Source of the DNA: Clostridiales bacterium DTU072 | Lineage (GTDB): Bacteria; Bacillota; Clostridia; Christensenellales; DTU072 | Reading direction: 5' to 3' | DNA length: 64,000 bases | Assembly: GCA_001512685.1 (NCBI GenBank) | Contig: LFSG01000044.1 | Span: forward strand, 10,800-74,799 | Shown here: piece after piece, positions 57,378 to 64,000 of the stretch | How positions within the stretch are numbered: the first letter of the stretch is position 1 | How the letters are laid out: every line of letters starts with the position of its first letter | Translations under genes and position numbers: made by a program | Notes under the pieces: model-generated | What the model saw: the letters and a program-made list of their open reading frames with translations, nothing else | Databases searched by the model: none | What the model was told of the DNA's origin: nothing

Positions 57378-57764
57378 CTACTGCCTTTCATCCAGTATAA
57401 CAGTTATGCTGCTTGTTCTCTTAAGTATTCTCCCCGCTCTGCCGTGAGATTTCGCGATGTACCTCTTTAAGGTGGTCCCTTGATTGGCAAAGCATTCCGC
57501 AACATAAAGTTCGTCCGAGTTCATGTTAAGATTGTTTTCGGCGTTCGCGGCCGCTGATTTGACCACTTTCAAAACAGGCAGTGAAGCCGATTTGTTGAGA
57601 TTCTGCAATATAGCCACAGCTTCTTTATAGTCTTTGCCTCTGATTAAATCCAGTACGGCTCTTACTTTATAAGGAGAAATGCGAATGTATTTTGCTTTCG
57701 CCATGGGGCGCTTGTCGGCATTTTCTTTTCTTAATTTAGCCTTTTCCCTGATTCTGGTTGCCAT
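57378..57764 (-). CDS. rplV: 50S ribosomal protein L22 (with N-terminal extension)
   Basis: 128 aa. AAGGAGG lies 9 nt before the first ATG, whereas the internal Met that would give canonical length has no RBS. Confidence 0.9.
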   Translation of the reverse strand: MATRIREKAKLRKENADKRPMAKAKYIRISPYKVRAVLDLIRGKDYKEAVAILQNLNKSASLPVLKVVKSAAANAENNLNMNSDELYVAECFANQGTTLKRYIAKSHGRAGRILKRTSSITVILDERQ

Positions 57765-57778
57765 TAATCATTACCTCC

Positions 57779-58057
57779 TTATTTCTTACCCGCAGATTTG
57801 CTGCCCGCGTGCCCCCTGAATGTTCTTGTGGGCGCGAATTCGCCAAGCTTCAAACCTACCATATCTTCGGTTATATATACGGGAACATGCTTCCTTCCGT
57901 CATGCACCGCTATGGTGTGCCCCACAAACTCAGGGAAAATGGTGGAAGCTCTTGACCAGGTCTTGATCGGCTTCTTTTCTCCCGCTTCATTGAGCGCTAT
58001 TATTTTCTTTCTTAGGCTCTCATGCACATAGGGCCCTTTCTTTATTGACCTACTCAT
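57779..58057 (-). CDS. rpsS: 30S ribosomal protein S19
   Basis: 92 aa. Begins [11 protein letters not shown] and contains [16 protein letters not shown]. Confidence 0.95.
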   Translation of the reverse strand: MSRSIKKGPYVHESLRKKIIALNEAGEKKPIKTWSRASTIFPEFVGHTIAVHDGRKHVPVYITEDMVGLKLGEFAPTRTFRGHAGSKSAGKK

Positions 58058-58073
58058 ATCAGCTATGCTCCTC

Positions 58074-58901
58074 CTAATTAATTCTGCTTATTATCATTCT
58101 GTCGGTTGTCTTTTTCTTCTTGCGAGTCTTGTAGCCAAGAGCCGGCTTGCCCCAAGGCGTAACCGGAGAGGGCATACCGATAGGGCTCTTGCCTTCGCCG
58201 CCGCCGTGAGGATGGTCGCAAGGATTCATGGCCACGCCCCTTACGCCCGGCCTTATTCCCTTATGTCTCTTGCGCCCGGCTTTGCCGATATTGATGATTT
58301 CGTGCTCAATGTTGCCCACTTGCCCGATTGTGGCTTTGCAGGCCAAAGGCACGTATCTCATCTCGCCCGAAGGCATTCTCAGCGTGGCTTTCTTGCCTTC
58401 CTTTGCCATCAGCTGCGCCGAAGTCCCCGCGCTTCTGGCAATCTGTCCCCCTCTGTTGGGCTGCAATTCTATGTTATGCACCATGGTGCCCACGGGGATA
58501 TCCGCCAAAGCAAGCGCGTTCCCTACTTTTATGTCGCTGCCCGCGCCGCTTATCACGGTGTCGCCCACCGTCAAACCAAGCGGGGCAAGTATATACCTCT
58601 TTTCGCCGTCCACATAATTAAGCAAAGCTATGTTGGCGCTGCGATTGGGATCGTATTGTATGGAAGCCACTTTCGCGGGTATGCCATCTTTATCTCTCTT
58701 AAAGTCTATGATGCGGTACTTGTTGCGATTGCCGCCGCCTATATGCCGTACGGTAATTCTGCCGCTGTTGTTTCTGCCGCCAGTGCGATTCTTGGAGACA
58801 AGCAGACTCTTTTCGGGTTTGTCGGATGTGATTTCTTTATAATCCGATACCGACATAAATCTGCGTCCCGGGCTGGTAGGTTTGTATCTTATAATAGCCA
58901 T
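58074..58901 (-). CDS. rplB: 50S ribosomal protein L2
   Basis: 275 aa. Contains [16 protein letters not shown]. Confidence 0.95.
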   Translation of the reverse strand: MAIIRYKPTSPGRRFMSVSDYKEITSDKPEKSLLVSKNRTGGRNNSGRITVRHIGGGNRNKYRIIDFKRDKDGIPAKVASIQYDPNRSANIALLNYVDGEKRYILAPLGLTVGDTVISGAGSDIKVGNALALADIPVGTMVHNIELQPNRGGQIARSAGTSAQLMAKEGKKATLRMPSGEMRYVPLACKATIGQVGNIEHEIINIGKAGRKRHKGIRPGVRGVAMNPCDHPHGGGEGKSPIGMPSPVTPWGKPALGYKTRKKKKTTDRMIISRIN

Positions 58902-58922
58902 ATTTGCCTCTCCTCCTGCTTT

Positions 58923-59213
58923 TTATGACAAGCTCTCAAAGAATTCGATGGGCTTGCTGCCGTCCGTCAATTTGACATAAGCTTTCTTATAAGAAGGCCT
59001 TCTGCCTTCGTTTCTTCCCATTCTCTTGAGCTTGCCTTGATAATTAACTACATTGACCTTTTCCACATTCACGCGGAAAATCTCTTCCACCGCCGATTTT
59101 ATTTGGCTCTTGGTGGCCGACTTGGCGACGATGAAGGTATATCTTTTGTCCGCTATGCCGTCATAGCTCTTTTCCGATAAAACCGGTTTAATGATGATAT
59201 CATACGCCTTCAT
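58923..59213 (-). CDS. rplW: 50S ribosomal protein L23
   Basis: 96 aa, located between rplD and rplB. Confidence 0.95.
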   Translation of the reverse strand: MKAYDIIIKPVLSEKSYDGIADKRYTFIVAKSATKSQIKSAVEEIFRVNVEKVNVVNYQGKLKRMGRNEGRRPSYKKAYVKLTDGSKPIEFFESLS

Positions 59214-59833
59214 TAATTGTTTACCTCCTCAAGTGTCTTAACGGCTTCTTTGGTGATTATGCACTTACCGTTGCTGACCAAATCGTAAACATTGAGAAGT
59301 CTTGCTTCGGTAATCGTAACGCCTTCAATGTTTCTGGCCGCTCTCATTATTGTTTCGTCGTGTTCGTTGGTTATAATCAGCGTCTTTCCTTTTATATCTA
59401 AATTCTTGAAAATTTCCGCCATTAATCTTGTCTTTGCCTCGGCAAGCTTGATTTCTTCAAGCACCAAAAATTCGTCTTGGCGAACTTTTTGGCTTAAGGC
59501 GCTCTTTAACGCGGCGGTTTTCATCTTCTTGTTGATTTTTTGGGAAAAATCGCGGGGCTTGGGCGCGAACACCACGCCGCCTTTCCTCCATTGAGGAGCG
59601 CGTATGCTGCCCTGTCTTGCTCTGCCCGTGCCCTTTTGTCTGTAAGGCTTGGCTCCGCCTCCCCTCACTTCGGCGCGGGTAAGAGCGGATTTTGTGCCTT
59701 GACGCTTGTTGGCAAGCTGGGCGACTATTACTTGATGTATAAGGGCTTCGTTATATTCGGCGCCGAAAACATTTTCGCTGACATTCATGGCGCCCGTTTG
59801 CTTTCCTTCTTGATTAAATACCTTAAGTTCCAT
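59213..59833 (-). CDS. rplD: 50S ribosomal protein L4
   Basis: Contains GGGAKPYRQKGTGRARQGS. The start is the second ATG (59833), which has better spacing from AAGGAG. Confidence 0.9.
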   Translation of the reverse strand: MELKVFNQEGKQTGAMNVSENVFGAEYNEALIHQVIVAQLANKRQGTKSALTRAEVRGGGAKPYRQKGTGRARQGSIRAPQWRKGGVVFAPKPRDFSQKINKKMKTAALKSALSQKVRQDEFLVLEEIKLAEAKTRLMAEIFKNLDIKGKTLIITNEHDETIMRAARNIEGVTITEARLLNVYDLVSNGKCIITKEAVKTLEEVNN

Positions 59834-59845
59834 CTCCATACTCCT

Positions 59846-60475
59846 TTATGCCTTTACCGTTTGCTTGACTGAAACCAGCCCGTTCCTTGCTCCGGGTATT
59901 CCGCCTTTTATGAAGAGCAAATTCCTCGCGGTATCAACCTTGACTATTTCCAAATTTTGGATTGTAACTTGCTCGTTGCCGTATTGTCCGGGCATCTTCT
60001 TGTTTTTGAACACCCTTGAAGGGCTGGAGCACCCCGACAATGAGCCTACCCCTCTGTGGTATCCCGAACCGTGAGCCATGGGACCTCTGTGGGTATTCCA
60101 TCTTTGGATAGTGCCCGTAAAGCCTCTGCCCTTAGAAATGCCGGTAACGTCCACCTTGTCGCCAACCGCGAAGATGTCGCACTTGATTTCCTGGCTTACT
60201 TCAAATTTATCTCCTTCCTCGATACGGAATTCTCTTAAGTATCTTCTGGGGGTTACTCCGCTCTTTTTGAAGTGCCCTTTAAGAGGGTTGTTGACGCGTC
60301 TTTCCTTCTTTTCGCCAAAACCTATTTGAATGGCGGAATATCCGTCTTTGTCTTTGGTTTTTATTTGTATAATAGGGCAAGGACCGGCCTCCACCACCGT
60401 TACCGGTATAACGGCGCCGTCAGCGGCGAATATTTGGCTCATACCGAGTTTTTTACCTAATATGGCTTTCTTCAT
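59846..60475 (-). CDS. rplC: 50S ribosomal protein L3
   Basis: 209 aa. Begins MKKAILGKKLGMSQIF. Confidence 0.95.
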   Translation of the reverse strand: MKKAILGKKLGMSQIFAADGAVIPVTVVEAGPCPIIQIKTKDKDGYSAIQIGFGEKKERRVNNPLKGHFKKSGVTPRRYLREFRIEEGDKFEVSQEIKCDIFAVGDKVDVTGISKGRGFTGTIQRWNTHRGPMAHGSGYHRGVGSLSGCSSPSRVFKNKKMPGQYGNEQVTIQNLEIVKVDTARNLLFIKGGIPGARNGLVSVKQTVKA

Positions 60476-60488
60476 ATAAGTCCTCCCG

Positions 60489-60797
60489 TTATAACTTTAT
60501 CTGAATGTCAACGCCCGCCGGCAAATCCAGCTTCATTAACGATTCAACTGTTTTTGATGTGGAATTATAAATATCAATCAAGCGCTTGTGAGTGCGAAGC
60601 TCAAACTGCTCCCTGCTGTCTTTATATTTGTGGGGAGCGCGCAAGATTGTTATGATTTCTTTCTCCGTGGGTAGCGGTATCGGTCCGGAAATGCCGGCGC
60701 CGGTACGCTTTACCGCCTCAACGATTCTCGCGCAGGAATTATCGATGAGATTGTGGTCGTAAGCTTTAAGCTTTATCCTGATCTTTTGACCTGCCAT
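60489..60797 (-). CDS. rpsJ: 30S ribosomal protein S10
   Basis: 102 aa. Contains [12 protein letters not shown] and SGPIPLPT. Confidence 0.95.
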   Translation of the reverse strand: MAGQKIRIKLKAYDHNLIDNSCARIVEAVKRTGAGISGPIPLPTEKEIITILRAPHKYKDSREQFELRTHKRLIDIYNSTSKTVESLMKLDLPAGVDIQIKL

Positions 60798-60984
60798 TTT
60801 GATGTACCTCCTACTTTACCTAACTCTTACACTTATCCGTGTGTGTCATGCCGCTTCTAAAAAAAAAGGTTTTTTACCTGTTTTTGAGTTAGTCGCCTCG
60901 ATCTTGTCGAAACGCTTGTCCGCGAAAACTATCCCTTTTTGGCGGGTAACCTTTCGCTTCATCCCATAATGACGCAGCCTAATC

Positions 60985-61014
60985 AATATATCACAGTAAA
61001 AAACACCTTGTCAA
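60985..61014 (-). promoter_or_regulatory. Sigma-A promoter (extended -10) of the S10 operon
   Basis: The minus strand reads TTGACA-18 nt-TATATT with TG upstream. This gives a leader of roughly 180 nt before rpsJ. Confidence 0.5.
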
Positions 61015-61074
61015 ACAAATTTTATAACTTTTTTAAGGATATCTTAAATATTTTCAATAAAAAATTCAAAATAT

Positions 61075-61698
61075 CTACATTCTTAATTTTTCCAACATTT
61101 TTTCCAGTTCCTCGTCGGTAATTTTGTCCTCGCCGTCAAAGTCTTCCTCGTCATCTTCTTCCAATTTAAGGTTTTGCTCTATAATCGCCTTATAATTCAA
61201 TGCGGGCTCGGCGTCAATTCTTTCCCTTTCGTATATATAGCTGTCCACCACGCTTTTGTCTATGCCCAAATCCGTATAAAGCATATCCTCAAGCTGGGAT
61301 TGGCATTCCTTAAGCACCTCGTTGGTTTTTTCTATGTCGGCGGCAAGCTTGCCTTCCCTGTTTTTGTCTTTAATATATCTCATCCATTTGTTGCGGTACA
61401 GCCTTAACCTTTGACATTCAAGCGCGTATTTGATTTTGGCGTCTTGAATTATTTCTTCCGCCTTTTCCTTGGCAAACGCCAATACCTGTATTATCTGCTT
61501 TTCTTTTTTCTTGTATTCTTCAAGCTCCACGCACAAATTGTTGACCTGCTTCTTCAATTCCACAATCCTTGCGGCCTGCTCCCGCATGGTATCGTTATTC
61601 TTCTTTATTATGTCGCATTTCTTGCAGTCTTTTTTCATAACATAATTATGTACCGCTTCATTGTGATTAAAACAGCGCATTTTAATAATTTTTGTCAA
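61075..61698 (-). CDS. Coiled-coil protein with an N-terminal Cys/His cluster and an acidic C-terminus (DivIVA-like at best)
   Basis: 207-aa ORF with long heptad-like charged helices. The start is uncertain because none of the candidate Met codons has a clear RBS. Confidence 0.4.
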   Translation of the reverse strand: MTKIIKMRCFNHNEAVHNYVMKKDCKKCDIIKKNNDTMREQAARIVELKKQVNNLCVELEEYKKKEKQIIQVLAFAKEKAEEIIQDAKIKYALECQRLRLYRNKWMRYIKDKNREGKLAADIEKTNEVLKECQSQLEDMLYTDLGIDKSVVDSYIYERERIDAEPALNYKAIIEQNLKLEEDDEEDFDGEDKITDEELEKMLEKLRM

Positions 61699-61701
61699 AA
61701 G

Positions 61702-61733
61702 AACATCAAAACCGCCCTTGTATGGGCGGCTTT
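61702..61733 (-). terminator. Rho-independent terminator after the Fe-ADH gene
   Basis: Stem ccgccc/gggcgg with a 6-nt loop. The minus strand is followed by TTTTGATGTTCTTTT. Confidence 0.55.
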
Positions 61734-61797
61734 ATAATGTTTTTTATATATGCGCATATATAAATATATTATATCCTTATTACATATGGCGTCTGTA

Positions 61798-62979
61798 TCA
61801 ATAAGCCTTTTTAAGGATTTCCAGCACGTCTTCCTTGGTCGCTCCCACGGGGTTTACCACAATTGCTCCGTCGTTTATGGCTTTTTCGGCGATGGGCAAG
61901 AGGTCTATTTCTTTTACTTTGTCATCCCTCAACCTCGTGGGCAAACCGCATTTTTCGTTAAACCTATGGAGCATTTGGCGTATCTTTTCCACGCACAGCC
62001 TGCCCCTTTCTTGGGCGGGCGCGGAAGCGTAAACTTCGGGCCCGAACAAATACAGCAAAACATCGCCGTAAAGCTTTTCGCATTTGGGCATATTAAATTC
62101 CATAACATGGGGCAGAAGTATGGCCATGGCGTTGCCGTGAGGGATATGGCTGACGCCTCCCGCCGCATGCCCTATGGCGTGAACAAGCCCCACCATGGAG
62201 TTTGAAAAAGCTATTCCCGCAAGCAAAGAAGCGTTGGCCATGGCTATCCTTGCTTTTTTGTCCTTGGGTTTATCGACGGCTTTTTCCAAATATTCGCCTA
62301 TCAGTCTCATCGCGGATATGGCGTAAGCGTCGCTGACGGGATTTTTTTGCAGACAGGTATACGCCTCCAGCGCGTGGCAAAGAGCGTCCATGCCCGTAGA
62401 CGCCGTAATTTTTGGGGGCAGAGTTTCGGTCATTCTGACATCAAGCACCGCCGCGTCGGGCAACAGCTCATACGATACGAACTCCTTTTTTGTGCCTTCG
62501 TCGGGATTGGAGATAACCGCCACCAAAGTGGCCTCGCTGCCCGTACCGCTGGTTGTGGGCACAACCACAAAGGGCGCTTTAATGCCTTTCTTGAGGATTT
62601 CGCTGCCTTCAAGCTGTTTAATGTCCTCAGCTTGCTGGCTTATGAGCATCCTTACGCCTTTGGCGGTGTCTATAACCGAGCCTCCCCCTATGGCTATTAT
62701 GGAATCGCAATTGTTTTGCGTATAAACTTCCCGTATTGCGTTGACTACCTTATAAGAAGAATCGGGAGGAATATCGACAAACACCGTGCTTGTATCCAAT
62801 TGGTCGCCTATGGCTTTGATAACTATGTCCACCGTACCTATCTTTTGCAGCATGGCGTCGGATAAAATAATCGGCTTTGAGGCATTGAATTGCTTCAATT
62901 CATAAGGGATATTTTCCAAGGCTTTGTCGCCGGAAAGTATCTTTACCGAATTCAAAAATTCATAATATTTCGGTATCAT
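61798..62979 (-). CDS. Iron-containing (group III) alcohol dehydrogenase
   Basis: 393 aa. GGGSVIDTAKG NAD motif and His-rich metal site (HA.GH...HIPHG). Confidence 0.85.
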   Translation of the reverse strand: MIPKYYEFLNSVKILSGDKALENIPYELKQFNASKPIILSDAMLQKIGTVDIVIKAIGDQLDTSTVFVDIPPDSSYKVVNAIREVYTQNNCDSIIAIGGGSVIDTAKGVRMLISQQAEDIKQLEGSEILKKGIKAPFVVVPTTSGTGSEATLVAVISNPDEGTKKEFVSYELLPDAAVLDVRMTETLPPKITASTGMDALCHALEAYTCLQKNPVSDAYAISAMRLIGEYLEKAVDKPKDKKARIAMANASLLAGIAFSNSMVGLVHAIGHAAGGVSHIPHGNAMAILLPHVMEFNMPKCEKLYGDVLLYLFGPEVYASAPAQERGRLCVEKIRQMLHRFNEKCGLPTRLRDDKVKEIDLLPIAEKAINDGAIVVNPVGATKEDVLEILKKAY

Positions 62980-62992
62980 AATTCCTCCAAAA

Positions 62993-63487
62993 TTATATAT
63001 TTGTTAACACTTTCAAATAAAATCTGAGCGAGGACACTTCTTTTTCGGGGCGTTTGACAAGCAGTTTCTTGGCGATAAACCCGGGGAAAAGGTAATTCTC
63101 CACCTTGTTCATAATGCGGATAATGCCCAATGTCTTGTAGAGATCCCCGTATACCAGCATTCTGTGCTGACAATACGCCTCGGCTATGCCGATTCTTGCT
63201 AAGAGCACCTGCAAAGCGCCGTCTATGTTCTTAAACTCAATTTCAATAAACGGTTTCACTTCCTTGGCTTTTTTGCCGCCGTATACGCAAAGCCTGTCGC
63301 CGCTTGCCGAAAACGCCAGCGCCGGCCCGTAAGGAGCGATGTTCATTCGTATAAAAGTATTGTCGGGAAACGCCTTAAACTCTTCTCTTACCTCATTGTC
63401 CAACTTATAAGCGGTCTTAAGCCCCCTTCCCAATAAAAACAGTACGAAACGGGCTATCGCCCTCTTAAACTTTTTGTTGTCTTTCAT
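62993..63487 (-). CDS. Hypothetical protein, possibly SCP2 sterol-carrier-like fold
   Basis: 164 aa. The segment LVYGDLYKTLGIIRIMNKVENYLFP resembles the C-terminal helix pattern of SCP2/UbiT-type domains. 13-nt gap to the ADH gene. Confidence 0.35.
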   Translation of the reverse strand: MKDNKKFKRAIARFVLFLLGRGLKTAYKLDNEVREEFKAFPDNTFIRMNIAPYGPALAFSASGDRLCVYGGKKAKEVKPFIEIEFKNIDGALQVLLARIGIAEAYCQHRMLVYGDLYKTLGIIRIMNKVENYLFPGFIAKKLLVKRPEKEVSSLRFYLKVLTNI

Positions 63488-63690
63488 TTTGCACCTTAAT
63501 AATTTTGGTCAATAAAAAACCCTTTATTCCGTTAGATTCATTGTATACCTTATTGCCATAAATTGTCAAGACGGCGGGGCGATTTCTTGCTTTTCTACAA
63601 TATCCTCCAAGACGCGGCTTTATGTAACAAAAAAAATGGCAAATTAATAATATGTTATTGGCGCAACCTGCGTCGCAAAGGAGAAAAAAT

Positions 63691-64000
63691 ATGAGTTACT
63701 TTTATGATGACCACAAGAACTTTTGCTGCGGCGAAAGCTTTTTTGAGAAACAACAATTCAGATTTGACGGCAATAAATGTTTTGACAAAAAGTTCATATG
63801 CTGTTTTGACGGCGATGACAATTTAAGGGACCAGCATTTTGCTTTTGACGATTTCAGGAAATTTGATAAATCAAAAGATTTCGGCCATTTTGACAAAAAA
63901 GAAAAAAACTGCTTTGAATGCGAAATCAAATGCAAACCCTTTAAGCCTTACTGTTCCCAAAAGTCCGTCTGTTGTTTGCTCCCCTTTATATGCTGCTGTA
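63691..64000 (+). CDS. Cys/Phe/Asp/Lys-rich hypothetical protein, 5' partial (runs off the window)
   Basis: Not in the ORF track because no stop lies inside the window. AAAGGAGA is 7 nt before the ATG. My own translation gives 103 stop-free codons: MSYFYDDHKNFCCGESFFEK...CCLLPFICCC. Confidence 0.55.
   Translation, partial: MSYFYDDHKNFCCGESFFEKQQFRFDGNKCFDKKFICCFDGDDNLRDQHFAFDDFRKFDKSKDFGHFDKKEKNCFECEIKCKPFKPYCSQKSVCCLLPFICCC

Noticed and set aside
63702-63935. A 77-aa minus-strand ORF near the right edge.
   Set aside because: It lies entirely within the RBS-preceded plus-strand Cys/Phe-rich ORF, has no RBS, and is a Ser/Lys/Phe-rich mirror of that ORF.

Overview
This is a 64-kb chromosomal segment from a Bacillota (Clostridia-like) genome. 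The organism is probably an endospore former, given the YlbJ-like, SPOR, LysM-CAP/YkwD-like and DUF421/DUF4363 genes. The window is densely coding and mostly core housekeeping. From left to right it contains: GH2 and GH3 glycosidases; an FAD-Rieske fusion oxidoreductase; a 7-gene tRNA array (Gly-Arg-His-Gln-Lys-Leu-Gly, minus strand, all with encoded CCA); and rdgB. Next comes a self-contained glycine-cleavage/lipoylation operon (yhhN-lplA-lpdA-gcvT-gcvH-gcvPA-gcvPB). It is followed by a PAP2 / acyl-CoA ligase / alpha-beta hydrolase lipid cluster, a frameshifted DUF975 gene, and an uncharacterised NifU-like + GGGtGRT gene pair. Further right are a BspA-type LRR gene remnant, tcdA overlapping a BaiN/HI0933-like flavoprotein gene, GTP-dependent PEPCK, and guaB-guaA-ydbS-ydbT. 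Then come a small ORF plus a Met/Gly-rich protein, dCMP deaminase, uvrB-uvrA preceded by two paralogous membrane-anchored small proteins, coaX-hom, and a YgjP-type metallopeptidase. The full S10-spc-alpha ribosomal protein cluster follows (rpsJ through rplQ, minus strand, 44.7-60.8 kb), including secY, adk, map, infA and rpmJ; rpmJ is absent from the ORF track. The window ends with an Fe-ADH/SCP2-like pair and a truncated Cys/Phe-rich ORF at the right edge. I saw no CRISPR array, rRNA gene, intact mobile element or recognisable defence system. The most interesting items are the NifU-like/GGGtGRT module; unusual expansions of several ribosomal proteins, above all uL24 with a Cys4 motif and a repeat-containing 125-aa tail; the Met/Gly-rich protein pair; the uvrB-coupled paralog pair; and the Cys/Phe-rich terminal ORF. 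All functional calls rest on motif and family recognition by eye, without any database search. Promoter, terminator and RNA-structure calls come from manual pattern matching.
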